Source of the DNA: Pseudanabaena sp.
GTDB taxonomy: Bacteria; Cyanobacteriota; Cyanobacteriia; Pseudanabaenales; Pseudanabaenaceae
Assembly: GCA_003249015.1 (NCBI GenBank)
Contig: QBLS01000017.1
Location: 12,951 to 76,950, forward strand
Direction: 5' to 3'
Length of the DNA stretch: 64,000 bases
Position 1 is the stretch's first letter; the number at the start of each line of letters is the position of its first letter. Of the stretch, positions 19,528 through 29,958 are shown piece after piece. The notes below the pieces were generated by a model. That model made no database searches. It was not told where the DNA came from and saw only the letters and a program-made list of their open reading frames with translations. The translations under genes and the position numbers were made by a program.

Positions 19528-21687
19528 CTATCTGGAAGAAACTCTCAAATTATTGTCCGACTGCAAGGCAACAATCTGTTGTTGAATCGAGGGTGAATAC
19601 AAACGCAAATAGTTCCAATAATTTCCCAAGACCTTAGATACATAGTCCCTAGTCTCTTCATAGGGAATACTGTTTACAAACTCATCGGAATCAGTGATTT
19701 TCCGTTCCTGTACCCATCTTCCAACTGCCCCTGGTCCAGCATTGTAACTGGCGATCGCAAGCATAGAGTTGTCTCCATAGGTACTATGGGTGTAGTTAAG
19801 ATACCAAGTCCCAAAACTAATATTATCCGTAGGACTATCCAGATTATATTTCTTGATTCCCTTTTGACTAGCGATCCAAGCGCCAGTCTCAGGCATAATC
19901 TGCATCAGCCCCACTGCTCCTACGCTAGAACGAATTTTAGGCTCAAAGCGAGACTCTTGACGCATTAAACCAATTACCAGCGCGGGGGAAAGTTTGCGCT
20001 CTCGCGACCATTGCGAGATCAAGTCCCAATAGTGAAATGGATAAAGCGATCGCAAATAGGCGGGATGGTCTTTTAACTGCGCGATTTCTGCTTTTTGAGC
20101 ATTATCGACATCAATCCAATCTAAACTTTCGAGAATTCTAATCCCCATCAAGTTGTCCTGAATCGCCACCCGCAACACGCCATCAGTAAAGATTTCCTTT
20201 GGCTCTAGATCTCGTTTACCTGCAATTTCCACAGCCCATTGAGCATGGGCTTCTTGATCTAGCCCCAATTGATACAGTTCTTGCAGCTTTTGTGAACCCG
20301 CAGGCAAAGGCGTTCTTTGGCTAGGAATCACGATCGCAGGATCAATATATCGAGCGGTCGTAAATGTGCCGACTTGCAAACCCAAGGAAGTCGCCGATCG
20401 CCAAGCGTAATAGGAGGAAGGGTGCTGACGGACTGTAAATTCAAATAGCTGTTTTGCCTTAGCTTGATCCCCGATCTGATTCGCCCATTTTCCTGCCCAG
20501 AAAGCAGCTTCAGCGGCGTAGCTGCCACTGGGATAGTTGGCAATTAGGGCATCAACTGTGGCGATCGCCTTGGCAATTTGACCGCTACGCGCTTGGCTCT
20601 TAGCAATGCGCCAACGTAATTCGTTAGCTTCATTGCTATTGCCATAGCGATCTAGTAAGAGGTTGCGAGCTTCGCTTGCGGCTTTGGGGCTAGCGAGTTT
20701 ATCTTGCAAAATACTTGCCTTGGCGGCTAGAGCCTCGGCAGCAGTATCAGGATAATTGGCGACTAATCTATCTGCTGCTGCGATCGCCTTTTGAGGAGTT
20801 TCTAGTTGAGTCAGCCGAATTAGGGCGCGAGGAGCTTGGGGACTTTTAGGAAACTGCTGCACAACTTGATTGTAAGCAGCGATCGCTGCGTCAAATTGTT
20901 GACCACGATGCAGGCTCCGTCCGTAGTTGTAAGCAGTAATCGGACTAGCGGGCGATCGCGTATAGGCTCTCGCTGCCTTACCAAACTCAAATTTGTAATA
21001 GTATGCATCAGCGATCGCCCGCCACTGGTCTGCGGTTAGATTAGAATTGCTGGCGACTAGACGATCCAAAATTGGCACAATTTCTTTGTAGTCACCAAAA
21101 TAGGTTGCCAGCACCAACATTGGTTCAATTTGCTTGGGATTTTGAACCAGCATCCGCAGTGCTACATCACGCGATCGCGGATGGGCGGGAAACTTTTGTA
21201 AAAGTTGTTGCGTTTGACCGAGGGCAAACAGAGCTTCGGCAGTAGCTGGGCTGTCGGGATACTTATCTACAAGGCTTTGCCAAGTTGCTTTGGCTGAGGC
21301 AAGATCACGCAATTGCGTCTGAGCTTGAGCGCGTTTTAGTAGGACATAATCAGCCAGTAGTGGATACTCATTTTCTAGGGAGGCAATCGCCGCGATCGCT
21401 TCATTGGGCTGACTATTATTGAGGTAAATATCGGCGATCACTAGTCGCGCTCTCAGGTGATTAGCTGGGCGATTAGCATTTTGATTGGCTTGAGGAACTA
21501 ACCTCGCTAACCGTTGCTCGATGGGCAGATAGGTGAGTGGGTCAAAGGATTCACCATCTTGATTAACCACTAAGTTTGATGTCAAGGCAAGATCGGGCTT
21601 AGCGGAAGCTACGATCAGAGGGGTACTAGCTCCTGCTATGGCAGCACTGAGCGTGAGTACAATTGACCAACGCATTAATTTTTTCAT
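19528..21687 (-). CDS. Soluble lytic murein transglycosylase (Slt family)
   Basis: 719 aa. Signal peptide, TPR/superhelical N-terminal region and a C-terminal SLT domain (QESRFEP...GLMQIMPETG). Confidence 0.85.
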   Translation of the reverse strand: MKKLMRWSIVLTLSAAIAGASTPLIVASAKPDLALTSNLVVNQDGESFDPLTYLPIEQRLARLVPQANQNANRPANHLRARLVIADIYLNNSQPNEAIAAIASLENEYPLLADYVLLKRAQAQTQLRDLASAKATWQSLVDKYPDSPATAEALFALGQTQQLLQKFPAHPRSRDVALRMLVQNPKQIEPMLVLATYFGDYKEIVPILDRLVASNSNLTADQWRAIADAYYYKFEFGKAARAYTRSPASPITAYNYGRSLHRGQQFDAAIAAYNQVVQQFPKSPQAPRALIRLTQLETPQKAIAAADRLVANYPDTAAEALAAKASILQDKLASPKAASEARNLLLDRYGNSNEANELRWRIAKSQARSGQIAKAIATVDALIANYPSGSYAAEAAFWAGKWANQIGDQAKAKQLFEFTVRQHPSSYYAWRSATSLGLQVGTFTTARYIDPAIVIPSQRTPLPAGSQKLQELYQLGLDQEAHAQWAVEIAGKRDLEPKEIFTDGVLRVAIQDNLMGIRILESLDWIDVDNAQKAEIAQLKDHPAYLRSLYPFHYWDLISQWSRERKLSPALVIGLMRQESRFEPKIRSSVGAVGLMQIMPETGAWIASQKGIKKYNLDSPTDNISFGTWYLNYTHSTYGDNSMLAIASYNAGPGAVGRWVQERKITDSDEFVNSIPYEETRDYVSKVLGNYWNYLRLYSPSIQQQIVALQSDNNLRVSSR

Positions 21688-21752
21688 GCAGATACGTTCT
21701 TAATCAGCAGCATCCTAGCATTGTTTTACAGCGCTTCGTGCTTAAACCCAAA

Positions 21753-21805
21753 CCAGAAGAGGATTTGCAAATGTGATGAAGCAACGTTTGCAAATCCTCT
21801 TCTGG
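21753..21805. repeat. 53-bp hairpin
   Basis: 19-bp perfect stem ccagaagaggatttgcaaa / tttgcaaatcctcttctgg with a 15-nt loop. Confidence 0.65.
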
Positions 21806-21851
21806 AAAGTAGCTAAGCTAGCCCGCCCACTACGCGGGCGGGTTCTAGGTT

Positions 21852-22901
21852 TTAGTATCTAATCCTCGGATCGATCCAAGCGTTGACTATATCGACAAGA
21901 ATGCTGGCGATCGTGACAATGATGGCAAAGAATACAACTATCCCCTGTACCACAGGATAGTCTCGTCCTAAAATTGCCTCAAACAGACGGTTAGCTAATC
22001 CTGGCCATGAGAATGTCACCTCAATTAAAACTGCGCCGCCTAGCATTGATGCCAAGGTCAAGCCAAAAATCGTAATTACGGGAATCATGGCGTTTTTGAG
22101 AGCATGGTTAAACAAAATTGCTCTTGGCTTAATCCCCCTCGCCTTAGCTGCTTCCACATAGTCAGAAAGCAGGGTTTGTCTGAGGTTGACGCGCACAATT
22201 CGTTCAAATATGCCGCTAATTACTATTCCTAGACTCATTGCAGGCAAAATCAAATACTGAATACTTGTCCATAGAGCTTGCCAGTTTCCGCGAAGTAGAG
22301 CATCAATGGTGAAAAGTCCCAATACGGGCTCAGGAGGCTCAACCCCAACAGGGAAACGTGTACCAATGGGAAGCCATCCTAGTTGAACGGAAAACACTAA
22401 CTGCAAAATCATCCCTACCCAAAATAAAGGTAACGAATAGGTGATGATTCCAAATAATCGACTACCGACATCCCATTTTGTATTTGGACGTAAAGCCGCT
22501 ACAATTCCTACTGTTAGCCCAATTGTCAAAGCTACAATCAAAGCATAGAGCGCTAACTCAGCCGTTGCAGGAAAGAAGTTTTGAATAATTTGCCAAACTG
22601 TCTGATCGCGGGTGCTGATTGATTTACCAAGACTGAATAGCAGCTTACCATCGCTAAAGTGACACAAATCATACATATACCGTAAGTATTGCGACAACAG
22701 AGATCCAGTCAGTCCAACTTGCTCGCGCAGAGCTACCTTAACTGACTCAGGAGCGCGAGGACCTAAAATCGCATCAATCGGATCACCTGGGGTAGCTCGC
22801 ATGAGCAGAAACACTACCGAAGCGATCGCCCATAACATAACTGGTGCAAGCATCAACCGCGCTGTAATGTAGTACAGAAGAGCTTTGAGGCGACTAGACA
22901 T
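21852..22901 (-). CDS. ABC transporter permease (DppB/OppB-type)
   Basis: 349 aa, binding-protein-dependent transport inner-membrane component pattern. No cognate ABC partners adjacent. Confidence 0.85.
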   Translation of the reverse strand: MSSRLKALLYYITARLMLAPVMLWAIASVVFLLMRATPGDPIDAILGPRAPESVKVALREQVGLTGSLLSQYLRYMYDLCHFSDGKLLFSLGKSISTRDQTVWQIIQNFFPATAELALYALIVALTIGLTVGIVAALRPNTKWDVGSRLFGIITYSLPLFWVGMILQLVFSVQLGWLPIGTRFPVGVEPPEPVLGLFTIDALLRGNWQALWTSIQYLILPAMSLGIVISGIFERIVRVNLRQTLLSDYVEAAKARGIKPRAILFNHALKNAMIPVITIFGLTLASMLGGAVLIEVTFSWPGLANRLFEAILGRDYPVVQGIVVFFAIIVTIASILVDIVNAWIDPRIRY

Positions 22902-22932
22902 AATTTGAGCTTTTTACAGACAGTTTTTTAAA

Positions 22933-23036
22933 TAAGTAATTCACCATAATTAAACCCTAAAACCAGAGGTTAAGCCGCCCGCGTAGCGGGCGGCTTAACC
23001 TTTTTGGTTTTAAGGTTACTTATGCCTAGCTACTTA
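22933..23036. mobile_element. Family B MITE-like element (~104 bp)
   Basis: TAAGTAAT..AAACCCTAAAACCAGAGG..CCGCCCGC-GTA-GCGGGCGG..TAGCTACTTA. Same architecture as 12390-12493 and 33111-33214. Confidence 0.65.
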
Positions 23037-23054
23037 ACATTTAACAAAGTAACA

Positions 23055-23726
23055 TCAACTGAATAAATTATATGTACCACCTTTCTGTAAAGCTTTTTGA
23101 TAAGCTTCACGAGAATGAATCCTTTTTAAAAAATCGAGAAGGTTTGGATGATTAGAATTCAAATTGCCACGAGCCGCCGCCGCTTCTAATGGGAAGCTAA
23201 GTTGAATGTCTGCCGCAGAAAATTCTTGACCAGCAAACCACAGCTTATTTTTAATTTCATTTTCTAAAAAATCAATATGTAGTTTGATTTGAGGATTCAC
23301 AAAAGTGCTGAGAAATCGATCACAAAAAGCTTTGATGATTGGCTTCACTAAAAACAACATCGGTTGCTTTGGAGCCTCTGTAAAAACGAGACTCATTACC
23401 AAAGGAGGCATTGCTGAGCCTTCAGCGTAGTGAAGCCAGTAAGTGAAGAGTAAACTTTCTTTAGTATTGGGTTCTGGACGTAATTTATCGCCACCATAGT
23501 TTTTGAGAATATACTCAATGATTGCACCAGATTCGGCTACCGTATTTTGCCCATCCGTGAGGACAGGTGATTTTCCAAGTGGATGAATGTCACGTAATGA
23601 TTGAGGCGCTAACATTGTTTGGGAATCTCTTTTATAGAACTTTATTTCATAGGCAACTTCTAATTCTTCCAAAAGCCAAAGAATGCGTTGTGATCTGGAA
23701 TTATTTAAATGATGGATAGTAATCAT
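23055..23726 (-). CDS. Glutathione S-transferase
   Basis: Starts MITIHHLNNSRSQRILWLLEEL, a GST N-terminal thioredoxin-like motif. I prefer the ATG at 23726 over the track's TTG at 23741. Confidence 0.85.
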   Translation of the reverse strand: MITIHHLNNSRSQRILWLLEELEVAYEIKFYKRDSQTMLAPQSLRDIHPLGKSPVLTDGQNTVAESGAIIEYILKNYGGDKLRPEPNTKESLLFTYWLHYAEGSAMPPLVMSLVFTEAPKQPMLFLVKPIIKAFCDRFLSTFVNPQIKLHIDFLENEIKNKLWFAGQEFSAADIQLSFPLEAAAARGNLNSNHPNLLDFLKRIHSREAYQKALQKGGTYNLFS

Positions 23727-23775
23727 GAATTTGTAGCTCAAGTAACATATCGCTAGTGTACTCGACCCTATACCT

Positions 23776-23807
23776 ATTCACGAAAATGTGACTACACTTT
23801 TGTGGAT
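23776..23807. repeat. Family C hairpin (ATTCACnAAAATGT...CTTTTGTGGAT)
   Basis: Related copies at 33276-33309 and 40822-40855. Confidence 0.6.
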
Positions 23808-23858
23808 TGAAAACCAAACCTAGTATGGGTTTGCAAATATAGCAAAAAAAAGTTTTGC

Positions 23859-23933
23859 TTAGGACATAAAACCAGAAGGTGAGTGGCGGTGCGGAGCGCC
23901 GCCACTCTCTTCTTGGGTTTTGATTTGTACTAA
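23859..23933. repeat. Family A element core (AAAACCAGAAG-GAGTGGCGG..CCGCCACTC-CTTCTTGGGTTTT)
   Basis: Shares flanks (TTAGGACATAAAACC...) and the core hairpin with the 32995, 40629, 54690, 56701 and 58924 copies. Confidence 0.65.
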
Positions 23934-23990
23934 CTAACTCTTGCTTTGCTATAAAAAAATGGCGTATTTCTTTATTTGGTATTAAACGTA

Positions 23991-24028
23991 AAAAACGAGT
24001 TGCGGTGCAGAGTGCCGCAGCTCGTTTT
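23991..24028 (-). terminator. Second of two tandem hairpin terminators after urtE
   Basis: Minus-strand hairpin aaaacgagctgcggca-ctct-gcaccgcaactcgtttt, followed by a U run. Confidence 0.55.
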
Positions 24029-24031
24029 CAA

Positions 24032-24066
24032 AAGGAAGAGGCGACTTCATAGGTCGCCTCTTCCTT
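24032..24066 (-). terminator. First hairpin terminator after urtE
   Basis: 14-bp perfect stem aaggaagaggcgac / gtcgcctcttcctt, followed on the minus strand by tt-g-aaaa. Confidence 0.5.
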
Positions 24067-24124
24067 AATAATTCAGGCTTATATTGCTCGCATGGTGGGC
24101 AGTACAAGCCTTGATTCTGGCTAC

Positions 24125-24847
24125 TTAAACTGCTAAAAACTTTTGAATTACTTCATTACTTAATTCAGAAGTTTGACCAGAGGCGACAATTCCTCCTTTT
24201 TGCATGGCGTAGTACCAATCCGCTTGGCGAACAAAATGCAAGTGCTGCTCCACTAATAGAATTGAGATCCCAGTAGTTGCCACAATATGTTTAACCGCAG
24301 ATTCAATTTCTAGAATGATCGATGGCTGAATTCCTTCCGTTGGTTCATCAAGAATTAGTAATCTGGGCTGTCCCATTAGGGCGCGGGCGATCGCTAATTG
24401 TTGTTGTTGACCACCGCTCAAGTCACCACCCATACGCCCAAGCATCGACTTCAGCACAGGAAATAGTTCAAAAACCATATCCAATAGGCTTTGCTTAACA
24501 TCAGGAGTGACGGGATGGGACTCTAAGCCTAATAAAAGATTTTCTTTGACGGTCATGCGTGGCATCACTTCACGACCCTGTGGCACATAGCCTACGCCCA
24601 TCCGCGCCCTTTGATCGGGAGTGAGTTGGGTGATATCTTTCCCAAAAAAAGACACGTCGCCTTGCCTGGGCTTAAGCAATCCCATGATCGTTTTTAATAG
24701 AGTCGTTTTGCCTACACCATTGCGACCAATTAGGCACACCATTTTACCCGAAGCTACACCCATATCCACATTACGCAGAATATGACTTTCCCCGTAGTAA
24801 ACATTGAGATTATTCAATCGCAAAATTGGATCGTTAAATTCTTCCAT
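24125..24847 (-). CDS. urtE: Urea ABC transporter ATP-binding protein UrtE
   Basis: 240 aa. Walker A GRNGVGKTT, signature LSGGQQQ, Walker B LLILDEP. Last gene of a urtABCDE-ordered cluster. Confidence 0.88.
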   Translation of the reverse strand: MEEFNDPILRLNNLNVYYGESHILRNVDMGVASGKMVCLIGRNGVGKTTLLKTIMGLLKPRQGDVSFFGKDITQLTPDQRARMGVGYVPQGREVMPRMTVKENLLLGLESHPVTPDVKQSLLDMVFELFPVLKSMLGRMGGDLSGGQQQQLAIARALMGQPRLLILDEPTEGIQPSIILEIESAVKHIVATTGISILLVEQHLHFVRQADWYYAMQKGGIVASGQTSELSNEVIQKFLAV

Positions 24848-25013
24848 AAAGTACCTCTCTTTTAAGTGGGGTTATAGCTATTAGCTATTAACGCTTTAGC
24901 CCGATTCACTGAGGTTTGCTAAATCAAGAAATGGTTAATTCATTTCTTGATTTGAGGTAACTCTGCGATCGCCAATTTCCAAAAGCTAAAAGCTAAAAGC
25001 CAATTTCCAAAAA

Positions 25014-25766
25014 CTAATGCTCCTCTTCCTGCTGTCCCAAATAGACTTCAATAACCTTAGGATCATTCTGAACCTCTTCAAAATTACCTTCGCACAGGAC
25101 GCTGCCTTGGTGCAGAACAGTTACTTTGCGAGCAATCTGACGCACAAATTCCATATCATGTTCAATCACAATAATAGAGTGAGATTCAGCTAGAGACATT
25201 AATAGCTCACCTGTCTTTTCGGTTTCCTCATCGGTCAAGCCTGCCACTGGCTCATCAACTAGCAATAGGTCTGGAGACTGCGCGATCAGCATTCCAATTT
25301 CTAGCCATTGCTTCTCACCGTGGGAGAGAAACTCCGCTTTCATCTCAGATTTATTCGTTAAGCCGATTGTGTGCAGCAAGTCATAAACCTTTTGCTTTTC
25401 AACAACCGATGGTGGTTGAAACAGGGTTGAGAAGACATTTTTGTTAGGATTACTGGCAAGTTCGAGGTTTTCTCTAGGGGTCAAGTTGAGATAGACACGG
25501 GGGGTTTGGAACTTGCGTCCAATACCCATTCTGGCAATCTTATGTTCAGAAAGCGATCGCGTATTTTTACCCTTAAATCTCACCTGTCCTTGAGTGGGCT
25601 TGACCTTACCTGTAATTACATCAAGGAATGTGGTTTTGCCAGCACCATTGGGACCAATGATGACTCGCAATTCGCCCTGTTCCATGTCAAAGTTCAAGTC
25701 ATTGATAGCTTTAAATCCATCAAAACTTACGGTCACTGATTCAATTTCTAGGATTTTCCCTTTCAC
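25014..25766 (-). CDS. urtD: Urea ABC transporter ATP-binding protein UrtD
   Basis: 250 aa. GPNGAGKTT, LSHGEKQ, LLLVDEP. GTG start overlapping the urtC end by 26 nt. Confidence 0.88.
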   Translation of the reverse strand: MKGKILEIESVTVSFDGFKAINDLNFDMEQGELRVIIGPNGAGKTTFLDVITGKVKPTQGQVRFKGKNTRSLSEHKIARMGIGRKFQTPRVYLNLTPRENLELASNPNKNVFSTLFQPPSVVEKQKVYDLLHTIGLTNKSEMKAEFLSHGEKQWLEIGMLIAQSPDLLLVDEPVAGLTDEETEKTGELLMSLAESHSIIVIEHDMEFVRQIARKVTVLHQGSVLCEGNFEEVQNDPKVIEVYLGQQEEEH

Positions 25767-26931
25767 TTTGTACCTCTGGATCTAACTCAAGACTTGGATA
25801 GGTGACAACAGGTCTACCCTTAAATAATCGTTTTGCTAACTCCCAGCCAGTGGTGCGACACCATCCGACTAAACCATCGGGCAGTACCATCACCACTAAT
25901 AGGAACATCGCTCCTTGGAAAAATAACCAAATTTCAGGAAACTGTTCACTCAGGATGCTCTTAGCGAAATTGACTAAAATCGTTCCAATAAACGCGCCAA
26001 TTAGAGTTGCTCTACCGCCAACCGCTACCCAGATTACCATTTCAATGGAAAGGGCGATATCCATGGACTTTGGGGAAATAATTCCAGTCTGCGGCGTAAA
26101 TAATGCACCGCCAATTCCTGCCAAAACTGCAGAGATTGCAAAGACTAATACCTTAAAACCTGTGGGATCGTAGCCAGAGAATCTAGCACGGTTTTCATCA
26201 TCGCGTAGAGCCACTAGTAATCGACCAAACCTGCCACTGGTCAGCCATCGACATAGGGTATAGGAAAGTACTAAAAAAACAACGGTTAAAATATAAAAAA
26301 CACGTTGAGTTTCAGGTGCATTAATTTCATATCCGAAGATGGTTTTAAAGTCAGTTAAGCCATTGGTTCCATTAATGTACTGCTGCTGACCATTAAAGAA
26401 GTTAAAAAAGATAATCGTCATCGCTTGGGTGAGAATCGAAAAGTAAACCCCTCGAATGCGATTACGGAATACTAAGAAGCCCAAAATTGCGCCAACCGCA
26501 GCAGGAATAAGAACGATCGCTAAAACTGTAAATTGAAATGAGAAGAAAGGTTTCCACAGTGCAGGAAGCTCGTTGATTCCGTAGAGAGGCATAAATTCGG
26601 GCAACTTTAGGGTCGCATCAGCAGGAAACTGTAGCTTAAGGTGCATCGCCAGTGCGTAGCCACCTAAACCAAAGAAAACGCCATGTCCTAGGCTAAGTAA
26701 TCCAGTAAAGCCCCAAATTAGGTCTATCCCAAGAGCAACGATTGCCAGTGCTAAGAACCGACCGAGCATTGTAATTCTAAAAGCTTGCCCTGATGTGGTG
26801 AGTATCGAGGGAATTACAAAGATTAGAAGTATCGCGATCGCTAAAACAATGCCAACTTCAATCCCAAGCGATCGCCAATTTTTTTTAGATGCTGAGGCAT
26901 CAGGAATTGCTTTAGAAATATTTTCTATCAT
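25741..26931 (-). CDS. urtC: Urea ABC transporter permease UrtC
   Basis: 396 aa. LivM-type permease in the conserved urt gene order. Confidence 0.88.
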   Translation of the reverse strand: MIENISKAIPDASASKKNWRSLGIEVGIVLAIAILLIFVIPSILTTSGQAFRITMLGRFLALAIVALGIDLIWGFTGLLSLGHGVFFGLGGYALAMHLKLQFPADATLKLPEFMPLYGINELPALWKPFFSFQFTVLAIVLIPAAVGAILGFLVFRNRIRGVYFSILTQAMTIIFFNFFNGQQQYINGTNGLTDFKTIFGYEINAPETQRVFYILTVVFLVLSYTLCRWLTSGRFGRLLVALRDDENRARFSGYDPTGFKVLVFAISAVLAGIGGALFTPQTGIISPKSMDIALSIEMVIWVAVGGRATLIGAFIGTILVNFAKSILSEQFPEIWLFFQGAMFLLVVMVLPDGLVGWCRTTGWELAKRLFKGRPVVTYPSLELDPEVQSERENPRN

Positions 26932-26949
26932 GTTTGTCTATCCATACTA

Positions 26950-28119
26950 CTAAAGTTCAACTGATCGCCCCTTTTGAGGGAACATACCCGCAGGCTTATA
27001 TTGCAAGAAAGCCACAATCAATACAAACAGCAATACCTTTGCCATGCTTGTGGTTGCAAAAAAGGTGAAGAAGTCAGCAAGAGGCTTTACCGATGTCAGC
27101 AAGCCAGCAAAGGTACCAGAGCCGACCAAGTAGCTCGTCGTGCCGATCGCTAAAGCTGCTGCGATACTACCGACCAATTTGCCAACACCACCAACTACTA
27201 CCACCATAAAGGTATCAACAATGTAGTTTTGTCCAGTATTGGGACCTACTGAGCCAAGGAAACTAACAGCGCAGCCTGCGATACCTGCTAAACCAGAACC
27301 AATAGAAAAGGTCAGCGCATCGACAGTTTTTGTGGGAATTCCTAAACAAGAGCTCATTTGACGGTTTTGCATTACCGCACGAATGCGTAAACCCCAAGGT
27401 GACTTTTCTAGGAATAGATAGATACCGATTACACAGGCGATTGTCAAAACAATAATAAACAAACGTACATAAGGTAGTTGCAAAGAGCCGATAGCCACAC
27501 CACCACGTAGCCATCTTGGCGCAGTCACATCAACGTTTTGCGCTCCAAACCAAGGCTGCGTGACAGGGTTCTTATAGGTTTGAGCAACCACTATGGCGAT
27601 AGTTGTGGAAATTGCTAGGGATAACGGTAAGAGAATAGCGATCGCCCAACTCTTAATCGCATCCCAATTTGGACGCTTCTGCAAAATCCACAATGCCGCG
27701 AAGTAAAGCAAACTGAATGCAACTAAACCGATGATAATTACCCAGTTCACGCTGCGGACAAACTGTTGCAAAATCAAACTTACGCCCCATGTCGCCAGCA
27801 GTGTCTCAAGGGGTCGTCCATAGAGAAAGCGTATTACGCCTTTCTCAAGTAAAAATCCTACAGCCGCCGTGACTAAAAAAGCGGCAATCAGCGCCGCAAA
27901 CACATAAAAATCTAGCCAGCTTTCGCCCAGAGATTTGAATCCATTCTGGACTAAAAAGGTCGTATAGGCGCCAAGCATCATTAACTCGCCATGAGCCATG
28001 TTGATAACGCCCATTAATCCAAACACGATCGCTAGTCCTAGAGCCGCAAGCAAAAGTACAGAACCTGTACTAATGCCATTAAATACTCCCTCTAAAAGTC
28101 GGAGAAGATTTTCTGTCAT
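26950..28119 (-). CDS. urtB: Urea ABC transporter permease UrtB
   Basis: 389 aa. LivH-type permease with the long insertion typical of UrtB. Confidence 0.88.
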   Translation of the reverse strand: MTENLLRLLEGVFNGISTGSVLLLAALGLAIVFGLMGVINMAHGELMMLGAYTTFLVQNGFKSLGESWLDFYVFAALIAAFLVTAAVGFLLEKGVIRFLYGRPLETLLATWGVSLILQQFVRSVNWVIIIGLVAFSLLYFAALWILQKRPNWDAIKSWAIAILLPLSLAISTTIAIVVAQTYKNPVTQPWFGAQNVDVTAPRWLRGGVAIGSLQLPYVRLFIIVLTIACVIGIYLFLEKSPWGLRIRAVMQNRQMSSCLGIPTKTVDALTFSIGSGLAGIAGCAVSFLGSVGPNTGQNYIVDTFMVVVVGGVGKLVGSIAAALAIGTTSYLVGSGTFAGLLTSVKPLADFFTFFATTSMAKVLLFVLIVAFLQYKPAGMFPQKGRSVEL

Positions 28120-28189
28120 GACTCTACTTCAATAAACATCCTACAAATCAAAACATTTAACGACAGCGCTTCGCGCTGACTTAAAACCT

Positions 28190-28238
28190 AGAAAGATTAT
28201 TGAAAGCGGCGCATCGCGCCGCTTTCAATAATCTTTCT
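28190..28238. repeat. 49-bp perfect hairpin in the urtA-urtB intercistronic gap
   Basis: agaaagattattgaaagcggcgc-atc-gcgccgctttcaataatctttct. A second small hairpin is at 28164-28178. Confidence 0.7.
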
Positions 28239-28366
28239 GTACCACTCAAAACCGCAAAAAATGCCGTATATAGTGATGATTTTTACGTTTTTTAAAAGCC
28301 AGAATCGAAAGCTGTAACGTACGCTACAGCTTCCTTAATCTTGCAAGGTAATCGTCTCAAGTCGGG

Positions 28367-29710
28367 TTAGGCTTTCTTGAACTTACCGCCTTTGGACTTG
28401 TCGGAGTAGTCGCAGAAGAAGCCTTTGGTTTCAGGTACAAACTGGTTCCAAGGTAATGGCTCAACCGTCTTATCGGTGGCAAAAACTATCTTAAACTGAC
28501 CGTCTGGGGTGACTTCACCGATGCGCACATACTTAGACAAGTGGTGGCTATTTTCCATCTTCACCTTGCCTTCAGGTGCATCAAACTCTTGACCAAGAGC
28601 CGCCATTCTGACTGCTTCTAAGTCATCAGCCTTGCCAGCCTTCTTGACAGCTTGAGCCCAGATATTGACGGCGATGTAACCAGCTTCCATCGGGTCATTG
28701 GTAACGCGATCGGCTCCATACTTGGCTTTAAAAGCTTCTACAAACTTCTTGTTAGCAGGATTGTCAACGGTCATGAAGTAGTTCCATGCAGCATAGTGAC
28801 CCTTGAGAAATTCAGGTCCAATTGCCTTAACTTCTTCTTCGGCGATACTGACGGACATGGAAGGATACTTGTCAGCGGTAAGTCCAGCACCTTGCATCTG
28901 TTTGAAGAAGGCGACGTTGCTATCACCATTAAGGGAGTTGTAGATTACACCACCATTGGGAAGAGCTTGCTTGATCTTGGTAATGATTGGGGTTACTTCA
29001 GAGTTACCTAGAGGTAAATAATCTTCACCTACTACCTTGCCACCAGAAGCTTCCAACTGCGCCTTGATGATGGTATTGGCGGTACGAGGGAATACATAGT
29101 CAGATCCAACAAGGAAGAATTCCTTACCTTTGTTCTTGAGGAGCCAGTCCACAGAAGGCTCGATCTGTTGGTTAGGTGCTGCTCCAGTGTAGAAGATGTT
29201 CTTAGAACATTCTTGACCTTCATACTGTACAGGATAGAACAGGAGGTGATCCTTTGATTCAAATACAGGCAATACGGCTTTGCGGCTTGCCGAAGTCCAG
29301 CAACCAAACACAGCTACGACTTTGTCCTGCTCGATCAATTTTTTCGCTTTTTCAGCAAAGGTGGGCCAGTCGGAGTTTCCATCTTCAACGATGGGTTCGA
29401 TCTTCTTACCAAGTACACCACCTGCGGCGTTAATTTCTTCGATCGCCAATAAGGTTGCATCTACGAGGCTCTTTTCACTGATTGCCATCGTGCCACTGAG
29501 GGAGTGTAAAACGCCAACCTTGATAGTGTCTCCGCTTGCGGCTGTAGCTGCGGGAGTTGCTGTACCAGTTGCAGTTGCGGCTGGGGTTTCACCCGTGGTT
29601 GTCGCGGCTGGGGGCGTAGCAGCAGGGGCACAAGCCTTAATTAAACTACTAACGCCGAGAGCGGCTGACCCATAGACGATAAACTTGCGGCGATTCATTT
29701 GACTACTCAT
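28367..29710 (-). CDS. urtA: Urea ABC transporter substrate-binding protein UrtA
   Basis: 447 aa. Signal/lipoprotein-like N-terminus, Ala/Thr/Pro linker and a LivK-fold body with UrtA-like sequence. Confidence 0.88.
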   Translation of the reverse strand: MSSQMNRRKFIVYGSAALGVSSLIKACAPAATPPAATTTGETPAATATGTATPAATAASGDTIKVGVLHSLSGTMAISEKSLVDATLLAIEEINAAGGVLGKKIEPIVEDGNSDWPTFAEKAKKLIEQDKVVAVFGCWTSASRKAVLPVFESKDHLLFYPVQYEGQECSKNIFYTGAAPNQQIEPSVDWLLKNKGKEFFLVGSDYVFPRTANTIIKAQLEASGGKVVGEDYLPLGNSEVTPIITKIKQALPNGGVIYNSLNGDSNVAFFKQMQGAGLTADKYPSMSVSIAEEEVKAIGPEFLKGHYAAWNYFMTVDNPANKKFVEAFKAKYGADRVTNDPMEAGYIAVNIWAQAVKKAGKADDLEAVRMAALGQEFDAPEGKVKMENSHHLSKYVRIGEVTPDGQFKIVFATDKTVEPLPWNQFVPETKGFFCDYSDKSKGGKFKKA

Positions 29711-29958
29711 TAAACTGTAATGCCTCCAAACTTTTGGATTCTATATATGTAAATCGTTAGATAATTCAGCACTTTTAAAATTTGCAATCAGAATCTGTAT
29801 CTGTCACGGAACGGACAGTATGAAATTCTGAATTTTAGCTTTAATTATGCTTATATCTTTACAAAAAGTTTCAGAACGAAGTTGAGACTTCACTCCTCAC
29901 ACGCTAACTGATTAACTTAATACTCGATCAATCCTTATACACTTGATTTGCAGAGGTT

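Noticed and set aside
23742-24124. Possible CRISPR array or ncRNA cluster in the repeat-dense gaps (also 32946-33319, 40548-40955, 56634-57164)
   Set aside because: The repeats belong to different families, are individually palindromic and are irregularly spaced, with no constant repeat/unique-spacer periodicity. No cas genes are present. They fit MITE-like dispersed elements better than CRISPR.
28652-29675. Plus-strand ORFs (119 aa and 131 aa) and a 91-aa minus-strand ORF in a different frame, all overlapping urtA
   Set aside because: They overlap a well-supported urtA CDS. The 131-aa ORF is an Ala/Val/Pro-rich mirror of the UrtA linker region.
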